From NCBI GenBank assembly GCA_903813345.2, contig CAIIXF020000001.1, positions 13,826,001-13,890,000 on the forward strand: 64,000 bases of DNA. The letters run 5' to 3'. This DNA comes from Owenia fusiformis. Its lineage: Eukaryota. Shown piece after piece: positions 14,501 to 29,500 of this stretch (its first letter is position 1; each line of letters starts with the position of its first letter). A program made the position numbers and the translations under genes. Under the pieces are notes generated by a model, which searched no databases, was not told where the DNA came from, and saw only the letters and a list, made by a program, of their open reading frames with translations.

Positions 14501-17500
14501 TTAAGACTAGCCCTTCATAAAAAGTACAAGATTACAACAGCTTTACAAGCAAAATTCTTCAAGTGTATTTTCTGAATTCAAATGAGTCAAAATAATTTTG
14601 AGTTGCACTTTCATGCTTTTCCAAAGTAGCTGACTTTAGTTCATACCTGTTTTAGCTGTTCATCTGAATCAAAGTAGATCTCTTTTGGTAGATTTCTTAA
14701 TATGCCTGTGTTTATGGCACCCTTCTGTGTGAGATATCTAATGATGCGATCTATCTCATAGTGACATCTTATCCTCACAAGACCTCGACAGATTAAGTAT
14801 GGCACACAACGATCCACTGTTAAATACTCCTAAATGATAAAATATGATGTTTTAACACTGGAACTCTGGGCTATATATTAGTGCATATTTACAGGTCAAT
14901 GATACTTTACCAATTTTTATTAAATCTATGAAAATAATCTTTGATCATTAGCTCAAGAACTGCATTTAAAATTGTTACAAAAACTGTGGAGGTCTTAATA
15001 TTAAAACGTATCAGTGTAAGTTATTTTCCATGATGTGTTGTCCAACTGACCAACTGATTACAACTTCAGACGGTACGCTTTAGACTTAGGCTTCATGGTA
15101 TCAGAACTTTCAATGTAAAGACTTACCTTATAATTTAAGCACCAGAGTGACAGCACCAGATTTCTAAGTGAGAGGTACATGTGTTGTGCACTGAAACAAA
15201 CACAGTGTTATGCAATGCATTATTTATTAATTAGTAAACATTAATAAATATATTTAAAACAACTATATATGTCTCTGTTCATTTATTATCAGGAATGAGT
15301 TCTGGCACTAGATATAAAGTGCTTATAGTACAGGTCATATGAATGTTGCCAGATTCTTTAATTTATCAACTTTATAGAAAAACTTTATAGATATCCCCTA
15401 GATTATCATTCTATGGATACTGAATATAGCAATTAGCTCTTACTGGGCATATTCTGAGAATGTCTCCACTTCATCGCTGTCCATCACCTCTGGCTTGTAG
15501 CACATTGCCATGGCAACATCAGTGGGTTCAGCAAACATGTGCATAAATCGACTCGTCCCTGACACATGTGGAGGCCCAGCATCAAAATTATTTTCTTTAT
15601 CTGATAATAAGAGCAAATACATACAAATACATTGACATCAATACAATCAGCATGGGGAAGAGGCATGTGAAATGCCATTGCATACCAGTTGCTACATATC
15701 AGTGACAAGCACTGTAGCTACTTTTACTTTAAAGTTAGTGATCGAGTATCTGGATTAATACCATTTCGTAATTAATTTCAAGCTGCATTTTCATTTCAAG
15801 AAAAGAAAAAAAGAGTATATGGTCCATACAACAATCTGAAATCTCCATAATGCAAGAACAATCCAGCTAAATCCAAGAAATAGTAACTGAAAGGTTTAGA
15901 AAACACTTCCTCTCCAACTAGAATTAACCAAGCAGAATTTTAATTTAATGTACATGTACCTGCTTTAAGGTGTGCCATGTTTGTAGGTAGTTCATTATCA
16001 ACAGCACTGAGGCCCACACAGTCAGGATAATAGGAGGCAAGGAAGGGGGTGGAGGGGGAGAACTTGAGGTATGGAGGCAGGATCAAACTAGTAATCCAGT
16101 TCTCATCTAACACTTCCTCAGCTCTCTAAAACAATCAATGCTTTATTCATTTACTAATATGACTTGACCTCTAACTGATAAAAACATTTTGATCCTATTG
16201 ATTTTTTAAACGAACCTTATTTATTTCTTGAAGTAAAATGGTTCTACTAACAAACATTTAAAGTTATATTCATGGATTCAACTTTATTGTCAAACTAAAG
16301 AGAGGCGGTCCTCATAAACACAACAATGATAATGCCGACTATAATGATTGTACATTATAATGAAAAAATATATAATGTTAAACATTGATTGTATAATTAA
16401 TGGAAATAAATATTTTACCTTGTCCATGGGTTTGGCACATTCTGTCTCTGAAGGGGATCCAGTTTCTTCTTCATCCTCTGACATCCCACACACAAACTTG
16501 CGTATAAATTCAGGTGTCAGCTGGAAATTAGCTGACATCTCTCGCCATTTCCTACACTCATTGCATTGAACCCAGTAAAATAGCACCTGGAATTACACAT
16601 TTTAATTTAACTTTGAAGAGATCTCAAAATTGATGCAAATTAACTTTTTGGCTCCTGGGGTTGGGCTGGGAAAATTAGAACATGGTATATGCTACCAAAA
16701 TTGCATACAGTAATATTTATTTCTAAAATAATCTGATGGTTGAACTAAGTCAAAAAAAGCATTCTAAAAATACAGGCAAATGATGGAAACAGCATCTTTT
16801 ACATGGCATGTCAACTGCAGGTAGGTAAAGAAAGCAACCACATAGCTTGGTCCACTGACAAATTGGCAAAATTCAAGAAATAATTTCTCAAAGGGGATTC
16901 CCCATACTTTGTAAAGAATTCTACTATGTTCACCGACACAAAAGCAAAATAAAACAATTATAGAAACACAATATACTTTTTACCTTTAAATCAATGATAT
17001 ATCAGGGATCATGGCAAACAATATAACAAAAAATATATTCAAATGTACTATAAACACAACTAACTAATCAAAACCAAGCCACAATTTCTTCACCTCATGT
17101 GTGTGTACATAGTATAAATGCCACTTCTCAGAACTGAAACTCAAGCTGAAAGTGAAACTCAAGTAAATTCCATTAACAAAGAAAAGCTGACGTAAATATT
17201 TACATGATTCATAAACATACTTTGATCGTTAGAATCAGGGATGTAATTTTGATTTGACAACAGAAAATTCAGAATAAAGAACTTCAGATCTACACAACAA
17301 GCATTATACTTTACAGATTAAAAGTCAGCCTGAATTTATACCGCTGTGTGGATAACGGTGGTTTATAAAAATCAAGTTTATGATGGACAAGCATTGAAGC
17401 AAGTAGCTCCTTAACTAGGATTATTCATTAAACATCAAAATGGGACAAAAACCTAGTAAAGCATCAGCACAACTTGCTTCAAGTTCACAAAGCAGAGGAC

Positions 17501-20500
17501 GTAGGAGTTGCATGCAGTTTACAGACTGTGAGAACAAGACACTGAAACATAGAAGTCAGTACATCCACAGTACAGATATACCTCCCTACATAGACTGCAG
17601 GTAGGAGTTACGTAATACGTACAGTGGGGTTGTCTAATTGGGAAATACCCTTTTCTTTCTTTTCATACCCCACCCTACTTAGTTTCAGAGGCACAACATC
17701 TTTAGTAGCTTTGCTTTTCATACTAAAAAGAGGTGTTCCTAGGGTTATTAAATTGGGTTACCCTTTCCTGTCTTTTCATACCACACCCTGCTTAGATATT
17801 TTAATTTCTGAGGTACAACAGTCATGTCCTTATTATCTGATGGTTGAACTAAGTCAAAAGGGTTCTTACATGTCTTTAATTTTGCCTTAATTTTCATAAT
17901 GTCATCTAAATACCTGACTAGCCAGCACAGCCAAGTTGAGTATTACTTAGTTTACACAAAGCTATCTCCTGAGAGATAGCTTGCAAAATTCTATATTCCC
18001 AGCCCATGTTAAAGGTCTTTTACAGAAATGTTAGAAATTGTGGGAACACTTACACTTCTTAAATCGATGTATAACATCATAAAGTATCGTTGTAATAATC
18101 GTAGAACGCTAACTGGAGTCGGGAGACAGTGTAATTGACGAAAATGAATTTGGAACTTGTTATTTTCCGTGGCGTCTGAACAGGAAGTCTTGCCAATGCG
18201 CATGCGTGTAATCGGAAGCGGAAATCTCATGACATGGAAGCGCAATGCACATTACTCAACTTCCTGAGAAGCCATCTTGAAAATTATCATCTCTTCAACA
18301 TTTTTTCCACATTTTTCGTCAATTACACTGTTTCCCAAGTGAGCACAGTGACTTATGCTTTTCATACTAAAAAGATGTGTTTCTAAAAAGCTTGAGTTCA
18401 CTAAGGCAGTAGATAACTGCACGTCAGAACAATGAATCAGCAATAAAAATAGACAGTAGGCTATTATTCACAAAAACAAAACATTAGCATCTTGAAAGCC
18501 CATGCTTCTAGGCATTAGTGTCAAGTCCTTTTGTTTGGTTGTTTGGTTAAAAGCAGCTCAATCAATATAAACCACATTGTTTAAAAAAGTACCCTTTCTT
18601 TTTTCACAACGATATTCAGAATACAAAAACTATCCAACTTGTAATTTTTGTCCGATTTCTTCTGAAAGATTTAGGTTGCCAACAAAAAATAGTATGCCTT
18701 CATCGGCCTTCCAATTTTAACATGTACCAGGTACACTTAGTACTGGAAGTTATTATATTCAACCATTCAGAGACAGCAATTAATGCCTTTATACATTTGT
18801 ATTTTAGTGATCGTCCCCCATGCTGGTACTGGGAGACTTGTAAGAGACAGGATGGCTATGAACATATGGCCAAGTACCTCCATCCATGGGAACTAGCCGG
18901 TGAGTTGAAACGTTACAATAATAGGCCTGATAGTACAACCCCCCTTATCATACCCATAATAGATTCTTATCTCATTATGTACAGGGGTCAATCACACAGT
19001 AATTGGTTCATGGGGGACACTGTTCAAGGATCCCCCTGAATTTTTTTTTTCTTTCCTGATAAAGCCAAAAATATATTTCTCAAGATTCTACCTTAAAACC
19101 AAAACATTTTTCTAACAGTGTTCAGGTACAGAATATTTTACAGCTGATGAAGGTCATCTTGACTTCAGTTTGTACTAAATGATAAATTACCAACAACACA
19201 CAAGAGTTATTTTAAGGTGAACATATGTTAGCGCACTGACTCTAACAGTCATATTACTTCACTGTTTTTGTCTGTCATGTAAATAAAATAAAACACTCCA
19301 CCCTTTAAATAATAAATAGCACTTGTGATAATGGATTAATGGGTTTGATAATTATTAACTTTGAATTAAAATCACCCTATCATAACTTTCATTCAACTGT
19401 CTGATGTCAAATTCAAGAGCTTACACATGAGTATTTGGCAGCAATGCATTTTTAAAATTTTTATTCCTCTTCCAAACTATATGCTTTAAATAGTAATTTT
19501 CCTTATGTTCTACATGAAGAATTTCTGTTCAGTTAATACACATTTTTACATAATAAGGGTCATTAAAACTTGTTTCTTTGTTAGATGTTAGACTGGGATA
19601 TTGTAGTTTTTTTGACCATTTAAACTTCAAGCATCAAATTAACACATTTTCCTCTTTAAGACACATTTTGATGGTCTGAAATAGCAAACGTGCTTAAACA
19701 CCATTTCACATATTATGACAATATGAAAGTTAGACTGTATATAGCATTTGGTATGTTAAATTGCTACATAAAATTTAGGTAAAATTGCAATTTGACTTGA
19801 TTTGGTTTGACAAAAGATGGTGTATTTAATCAGACAGGGTGATATGGTTTCATCATGATTTATTTATGTTCACCTTCAATCTCATTTTTGATTCAGATGA
19901 AGTGCGGACAGTCCTGATTGGTAAAACAGGGGCGGGCAAAAGTCTCTCATGCAATACCCTACTGGGCAAAGAGAAGTTTCAGAGTGTCCTTGGTTTCCAG
20001 TCAGACACAAGTTCTTGTCAGTATGACTATGTCAACTATCAAGGGACGAAATATATGATCGTCGACACTCCAGGAATATTTGACACGAGAGTCAAAAAGG
20101 ATCAGAATGCTATCGAACTGTTGAAGTGTCTGAGTATATGTGCCCCAGGGCCTCATGTTTTCCTCATCACTATAGCGATAGGACATGGACGGTATACAGT
20201 TGAAGATGAGACAACGGTTGAGCTATGCCGTAAAGTATTAGGAGATGGTATGTTAAATCATGCAGTTGTGTTGTTCACTTGTGGTGATAAACTGATTGAA
20301 GAGAATATGACTGAGGAAGAGCTGATGAACAATTCCCCAGAAACACTGAAGAAACTGATCAAAGATTGTGGTGGACGTACATTTATTATAAACAATAAAA
20401 CCAGCCGTGAACACAGAACCAACCAAGCGAAAGACTTGATGATGAAAATCAGTACATGGGGCCTTGATAAAACTGCATATGAAGACAAACATGGACTTTT

Positions 20501-23500
20501 CAAGAAAATAGAAGGAATATTTATGAAAGAACAACTGGAAAATAACACTTCACGAGACGAAATTAAGCAATCTATAATAAGAAACCTGCGTAAGGCAAAG
20601 CCTATCATGAAAACAATTATAACAGCTATTGGCCCAATGATGGGCGAGATACCACACCAATATGCACAAGGAATTTCCAAAGTAATGACAGTAGTTACAC
20701 CAATGCTGATTATTCCATTGCTAGATCACTGGGTAGATGATGACATAAAAGAAACTCCTGATGGTTAGTGGAATAGCAAGAGTATACATGCCCTGAACTA
20801 TTATGCAAGTATGGACATAAAGGATGAATCAGGAAATATGCACATAATTGGCCCTTGCTTAAATGTATTCGAAATATTGATTATTTTATTGTGAAATAAA
20901 ATACACCTTTTATGAATACTGATGCATAATTGACCTTCTGCTGTAAATCAAATAAAGATAAATTGTTTTCATAGTTCAATGTATTTTTTAATGTTTTAAA
21001 TCATGATGTACAACAATATATTAGTACAACATCAAAGTACTAGCATTTCAATGTTAAAAAAATGTTACAGCACTTGTGAAAGACTTAGATGACTTTTTGT
21101 TGTTGTTGGGCATTGAAATGGAGGGAATTGGTTTATGAAATGCTTCAACTGAAACAGAACTTTTTTTACTCCACTTTGATCAGCCACATTTAATTTAGCA
21201 AACAGATTCTATATTTTTTTAACTTCAGTTAAATACCAAACACTTAGATTCTTTTGGTGTTGGTAAATCATACTTACAGCATGGAACATTTTTTTTGTCC
21301 AAATTAGTCAATATAACAATAGTTATACTAATGGTGCACAGCATATTTGTATACAGGGTGTCCCGAAAAGTATGGGGCCACCCCTAGGTAGACATGTACC
21401 TGAGATGGCACGAGAGGACACATTGACTAGTGATTTGGTGTAAAATTAAACTTAATTTTGACCAAACACTAAATTTTTAAATGCCTGTAACTTTTTCCCA
21501 TTTGAGAGTTGAACCATGATACTTGGCAAATCAATGTAAGTTTGGATAAACTTTAAAATGATATATGACACATACTATTACAACACTGGTATATGTCTGC
21601 CTAGGGGGGGGGGGGCATACTTTCGGGACACCCTGTACATGAAAAGAAAACTTCGAAGACTGACAAAAGCTTAAGTAATGACCAATAATGAAGTTCTAAG
21701 TCAAAGAATGAAACACCACTGGCCAACAGCTATTACCCATCAATATACAATAATACACCTCTTTGAAATATTTTACATACCTGATCGATCATGAATGTTT
21801 TAATTGTAGGTTCTGTTTTTCCATTCTCTGACCACTCTTTCTTCCACTGTTCCAGCATGGGAAATCCTGCCTTCTGACTGAAACAAACAATTGAGAACTT
21901 TCACTTGATCTCTTGTGGTTTACTCTATTTCTTAAAATATTAATGAAAAGCTTTCCACATGAATCCATGAAATGGTTTGGCTGGAAACCTGTTGACATTC
22001 CTTGACAGACAAGATTTTAGGAAAAAAATCCAAAATAGACGGTAAAGATTAAAAGGTGGATTGGATCGAGTGGATTGGGTTCATGTAAAAGGTGGATTGG
22101 ATTGGCTATCTTCAAAATATGGATTTTCCTTTAAAAAATTCTATTGATCTCCCTTTAGGAAGATTGGTGCTCTCTTCACTTGCACAGTGTCAAATAATAG
22201 ATGTAATATTATTTTGCTTGGGTGGGCTAGAAGGTTGACCTGGTACCTGCTTTCTGATACACGATCTTATTCATTCCAAGTGTAATTTGAGACATTTCAT
22301 AAATCATAAGGCAGACTGGTTTGAAGATCCATATCTGTTTTCAATCCAAACTGAACATACCAAAAATGTTTTGTGAACATTCACACATTAATTTGAATGA
22401 CAGGTTTTCTTTTTCTAAAGATCTATGTCTTACAAAAGTTGATTTACAAGGGAAAGCAAGAGTGTCCCTGAACTAATTGGAGTATGTATTTGTCATTGCT
22501 TTGTTCTGATTTCTCAAAAGGGACCTGTAAAACTGTAGAGGGAAATCAACAGAATTTTTTTTATAAGAAATTCCACATTTTGAAGATTCCCGATCCAATC
22601 CACCTTTTACATGAATCCAATCCACTCGATCCAATCCACCTTTTAATCTCTACCAAATAGACACCCTAACATTTATCCAGACTGCCTAAAAACTAATCAG
22701 CTTTAAACTTTCGTATGTAATAATATCCATAAAAATTTCAATACAACATTTACCTAGCATTTACCTTACATTTAACATTTACCTAACATTTACCCAGACT
22801 GCCCAAAAACTAATCAGTTTTAAACTTTCTTACGTAATAACATCCCTAAAGATTTCAGATGAATCCATGAAACGGTTTGACTGGAAACCTGTAGGCAAGC
22901 CTCGACACACAAGATTTCCTTAATATTTAACCAGAATGCCTCAAATATAATCAGTTCTAAACTTTCGTAGGTAGTAACATCTTCAGGAGACAAGGGGATA
23001 TGAGGGTTAGACACACCCCTAGGGGTTGCCTTTTTATGTACAGTGTTTGTAATCATGAATGAGAAATGAGAAATAAACTGAACAGAATTGAATTGAAATG
23101 TGAATTTACTTATATCTATAGTAGGCTAGGCAAATGGAAGTTTAACATCCCAAAAATTGCAACAGTTTTTAAATTAGGCTTATATTGTATATTGATACCA
23201 GTTGAAAAACATATCAAAAATATAGAAAAATATATGCAGTGGACAAATATGAAATGTCACATTCCAGGTACCCCCCTCCAAATTTGAGTATGGGATTGTA
23301 AATATTTTTTTATTTCAAAATGGAATACTCTTGTCAACTAAACGAGTAATATTATGATAGTTTACTGACATAAGAGCAACTAAAAATTGTTAACCAACTA
23401 TTTGAGTGCAATAATTGGCATTTCTAGCGCCAAATATCTGAAAATAGGCCATCAAATAGCCCGAATTTAATATAACAATGTATTTATTTCTGTATCAATT

Positions 23501-26500
23501 CATCAGAATTGCATGAAAAATATCTAGGAGGGTATTGTACACCTGAACATTGTCTTTGATAAGTATCAGGGTCATTAAATGAATATTGAGCGTGAAAATA
23601 ATATTTGAAATTTCAATATTTTACCACACCCACTTTTGGGGTGACCTTACTTTTGTTTAATTACTTCCAAGATATGTCATATTTGAACTCAATAGCACAA
23701 CTAAATTATTTGTAAAGGCTTATTTTGTCCCGAAAACAGTTTTTTGAGGTTTTCAGAAAAGGATTATGCAAAAAAAGTAGAAAAACAGCAAATGCCAGGT
23801 GAAATATAGGGGAAGCCCTACTTTTAGTTGATAACTGTTAAATTATCAAATGTTTTCTCCTTTTAAATTCAATTTGATATATAATATACCTTTTCTGATA
23901 AAACAGAGAACGATTTGTTACAATCAGTGGTCAAAAAATGTCCTTGAAAAGGCAACAAAATGTTAAATATCCCTGTCACTGACATCAGTTTATTAATATG
24001 AGCCAAAAAAGGTAACCCAACCAAATGTTTGTTAATAACCCAGTCATTCAGCATGGGTTTGACATCATATTTAGCACAATTACCTTGTTCAATGTTCTTT
24101 CATTCTACTAAGTGTCATTGATCTATCCTTAATAGTCACGATTTTATGGCCATTTACAAAATGTGCTCAAAATATCGAAATGTGCCTAACTGACTGGACA
24201 TCAATACCACCAGTTTTTTTTTTTATCTGTGGACCTTTTTTCGATACTAACAACACTTGAAACATTAAAACAAGAGATAAGAATGAAGATGAGAGTCATA
24301 ACACATGATTTTTATGCTCCTGATTTGAACAACACGATACGTACAAGTTGGCCTCCAGGAATGACACCCATATTTCATGGCATGGTATAAAATGGCCATA
24401 AAATCTTGACCACTAGAGACCACTGAGACTGGGTAGATTGATAATACATTGACCAAGACTCAATTCTGCCAAATATGACACTAAATCCATGCAGGATGAT
24501 TGGACTGGATTATTAAGATTTGTTTGGGTTACCTTTTTGGCTCGCCCTGTATTAAGGAAAAATTGTTACTTTTGAATAAGGTGTTCTTAACCACACAGTG
24601 ATATTGAGAAATGAAATGAAGAAGTTCAACTGAAGAATGTTCGATTTCAAGATGAACTTAAATAAAAAATGAGCCAAAGGTTTTTACATTAATAAATCCT
24701 CTTGAGTTAACTAGTGTAACGCAAAGTAAATCCCTGGTCTTTATACAGGGCCTGGTTCGATTATGTTATGTTCATTATCGAAAATGCTGCCTTAATTTTG
24801 TAATCTTAACCTTCATATATGTGTCTTACTTATAGAGAGCAAAAAAGAATGCTGATTAAATAAGCTTAATACTATTATGTTTTAACAACAATCAGTTACA
24901 ACCTTGTCTATCACCAGCCTTCATCAGGGGCGGATATGGGAACCAACAAGGGGGGGGGGGCAAATGTCAGGTCTGAGAAAAAACTTCCGCGGAAAAAATT
25001 TTGGGCCCCTAAAACCCTGAAGTGGGCCCAAATTTTGAAATATTGAGACCCATTTTCTTCAATTAAAAAATAAGGCTTTAAATGGCCCATTTATGACCAA
25101 AAAGGCCTACTTTTCGGGGCCTTAAGGCCTTTTTTGGGCCCAATTTTTTTTTAGTCATCATTATTCTCATGATCAGTAATGGAGGTATTTGCACAAATGC
25201 CTTTGCATACCTTTTTCATTTTTCTACAAGAACATCTCATAGAAATACAATCTGCCTTACACACACAATGGATGATCTCTGAGAAAGGGGAGCTGCATTT
25301 AGGCAATTGGTTAGGTACATAGTTTCGTTGCCTATTTCCCAGCCCAATTATAATGGAGGCAGTTTATTTCCCTCCCACTCCTGGATCTGATGGTACACTC
25401 TGTAACTGTGGTATTCCGCAGCATCAGAAAATGGAGGAAGAGCTGCAATAATTCAGATCCTGCTGCTCTCTTTTAATAGAATTTTAGAAGCCTAAGATAA
25501 TTTAGGGTTTCACCATTTTTCCACCATAAATTGACAAAAGAGCATGTTCCTCTGCAATGACAGAGTTGCTTGCATTTCACTGGTTTTCTACTTGTTTACG
25601 TTGTAACAAAATGTCGGAACATCGAAGGTTTGATTTTTCTTTTTTCTTTATTTCACACATTGTAGGCAGAATTCCCACAACATTGTTATCACAAACATGT
25701 ATCAGTATTATATGTTTAAAAATGTACATATTTGCGAACAAATAGTTCAGAAGACAACAGAATCTTCGATTTAATTCCTCACTTAAGTTACATAAACGGT
25801 ATTTCGATAAACAATTAAGATCTGCACTTTTAACCCAAACTGTTTATTTAACTTAAATAAGGAATAAAATCAACAATTCTGTGAGAAAAAAACATCGTGG
25901 GGATTCTGCCTACAACGCGTGAAAAAAAAGGAAAAAAGAAATATCGTACTTTCGACGTTTAGACATTTTGTTACCGAAACGACAAGCGTAATCGAGCGGA
26001 TCACCAGTGCTTTTGGTAATTTAAAAACAACCGCTTGTTTTCTCAAGAACTCACTCTTTTTTATCTGCCTCAATGATAGACTCTTGTCTATGCCATATAT
26101 AACCTGAATGCGATGTCACACCCCAGAAAAGAAACAAAATATCGTCACAGACCACTTTTCCCAAAGACAATCTTATTTCATTTATATTCCAACATTTTGT
26201 TTCTTGGGTTGCTGCTTTTGGTTCAGGTTTGAAGAAAATGTTGAAGTTTGTGTTTTGTGCATGATAAATGAGAAGCACAAGGAGATCTGTATGAGTACTG
26301 TATTTGAGGTTTGGACACTTTGGATTGCAGTTTTCACAATCACAATATCTGCATCCGATTCTGAATGCAGCGCATGTACACTCAATGTTTTCCAACCTGA
26401 CAGACAGAATTACCATCATTCCTATGCACTGAAATTATATTAATGAAAGACTCCCCAGATATCTGAGATTTTAATGTTCTCTGTCGGTTTAAATTCCGTT

Positions 26501-29500
26501 TAATAACCATAAATTCGTTTCTACAGCATTATACATCCAATTGATAGTTCCATAGTAATGTACTCTTATGTAATGATTTATTTATCTGATGAATTTAAAT
26601 ATATGCAAATTTAGTAATTGCGGATTGTAATTAATAATTTAAACAATATTAAATTCCACAAAAACTACAACTTACATTATTTAGATAAGCCTAGTATAGA
26701 GCAGTTATCAAATACCCTAATATCAGAGTGGTGATATGTAATTATTCATCAAATAAAAGTGAGGTCACCTTAACATTTCACCTGGTGCAACTAATAATTC
26801 CTATTTTTCATACTAATAAGGTATAAACCTTCACAAAACTTGTATTTTAGATGATGACAAGCCTATATAAATGATTTAGATGTCAACTCTAATACAAATG
26901 TGATGCATTGTGGGAGTTAATCATCAAAACTATAGTCTCCCTTATAGTGGGCGGGGCAAAACTATGAAAATGAAATAATTTTTTTCTTCCTAAGTATACA
27001 CCTTAGAATTCTGACACTCACCAAATATGAAGTTCATATGAATATGTAACACCATAATTTTTTTCATGCTTTTCTGACTAACTGATCCTAAAATATCTAA
27101 ATAGATATGTGATAACATGCCTGTTTTGTGGCCTATTTTGTTATACTTTGGAGTCAAATGACCAATTACTGGTCTCAAAATTGATTAAAATGATATTTTA
27201 ATTATTTGTGAATGTGTGATCTATCATAATAAAGCTTGAATACTTGACTAAAGTATTCCATTTGGGAAGAAAAAATTGTTTCCTACCAATACTCAATTTT
27301 GGGGTAGGGTTGTAGGGGGTAACTAGGAAGTGAAATTTCATATTTGTCCACTGCATACATTTTTCTATATTTTTGATATGTTTTTCAACTGATATTAATA
27401 CATAATATAAGACTAATTTAAAAACTGTTGCAATTTTTGGGATGTTTGGGCCTTTTATGAGCCCATTTGCTTGGCCTATAGCATCACATAACTTTATCAG
27501 GCTTCAAATACACTATAAAACTATTAACAGTCAATACTTGACCTTGTTAAAGCCAAACATAATTTTATCAGGTGTCAGATACATAAGTACACAGTGATAT
27601 TGCAGAAATACATGTAAAAACACATGGTCTAGACATTTTATAATGGCTCCTTTTAAACTATATGGGGACTATAAGTCCCAGCCAGTTAGGGCAGTAGCAT
27701 TAATGCTGAGGACAAACAACATTGACTTTGACTTTGTATCCTGCCCTTTGGAACCAAAGGCTGGCCGTAAGTATACATATATTATTACCTGTACATATAT
27801 TAATTTGTACATTAATTTTGTATTGTAATAGTTGAATCACTGACTGAACTTAATTTCATCCATATCTTTATTTTTCATATACAATATACATTTTCTTAAA
27901 TAAATGACCCCTCCTTTTAACTATAAACCATCACCACTTTTTAACCTATGTGCAAGTATACAGGTAAAATAAGGGGGGGGGGGGGGGGGTTGGTGACTTA
28001 CCCCTGCAACTGAAAACTGCTAATATAAATTCAAAGTTTCAAGATGGCTACCTCAACTCTAGGTCATAACAAGAATTTAAGGAATATATAGAGAATGCCA
28101 AGTTCATTATGACCAACTGATGAATCATATAATTTCAATTTCTAAATCACATTTCAACTTAATTAAACTAATTGACTCTTCAAAACGAGTAGCTATTTAA
28201 AATAAGAGATCAAGACAATGCTTCCAGGTCAAGTCGACCCAAAGTCATCTCAAACCATGTCAACATAATTGTTTTGTCACTATTTTTTTGTTTTCATTAC
28301 ACAATATAATAAGGTCTAATAAGGTATAAGGACCCTTAAACCAAAAAGTGGAAGATATGAGACATAAAAAAGTTTACATTTACAGATATCTTTGATACTT
28401 CACTAGTTATTAAATTCATCCATCATGTAGTTTCATTTCATTAATTTTATCATTGTTTTACAGGTAGAATTGGGACAGAAGAATATGCGACAAATGTTAA
28501 CCCATTTAAAAGAGTCCCGACACTTGTTGTAGAAGGAGTAGCACATATCTGTGAGAGGTACACATTTTCCATATTTTCTCTGTCAGTATGTAATCAAATT
28601 AATTTATTATGTTCAAAAAGCCTATCTTGTCACTGTCCACATATTTGCCTTTTCTTTGGATGATGTACATTATAAATGTATAACTTCACATCTTCTTTAT
28701 ATCAAGCTCTGCAGCCCTGCAGTACCTAGCTGAGCTGGAAGGGGTATCTCCTCACTGGTACCCAAGGAGTGGGAAGGAGAGGATCCTTGTGAACACATAC
28801 CTGGCCTGGCATGGTCCTGATGTGAGAAAATATGCATCAGGATACTTTGTCTCCACAGTAAGTCTCACATTTCTACAAGTATTTCACTGAGAACACTAAG
28901 ACAAAACCTTGCATTAATCTCTATATAATAATAACAATTCCCCTATATGTGATTGCAATGAAAAAATTTGTGTTAACCACAAGTCACAATGTGTCAGATC
29001 AGATCAATTGGGAATTAAATTAACAAAAATAACTATATCTAGTAGATCAAATAAACTGAGATTAACTTCACCGTTAAATAAAATAAAACACAGATCTAAA
29101 TCAATAGTGATAACATTACAAACAAGCATATCATGTAAATTTAATAACTTGTCATTTGTTCTACAGTTCTATGGGCCTTTGTTCCTTGACAGACATTTCA
29201 CAGATACACAGGTGAAAGAATTTAGAGATGGATTTGAGGCTCTCCTGGACAAACTTGAAAAAATCTGGCTGAAGGAAACCCCATATCTTGCTGGGAATGA
29301 CATCACAATAGCTGACTTACAACTAATCACAGAACTCACACAGGTTGAGTCAACTGGCTATGATATGGTGAAAGGTAGGCCCAAGTTGGAGGCTTGGATG
29401 CAGCTAGTTAAGGACATACTACAGCCACATTATGATGCAATCAGTGAGGAGCCTTTGACTGGATTTGCAGACCAATATAAGGAATACAAAGCATCAAAAT

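Noticed and set aside
19839-19896. GTG start of the 309-aa GIMAP ORF
   Set aside because: This stretch is the polypyrimidine/acceptor region of an intron; the exon begins at 19897.
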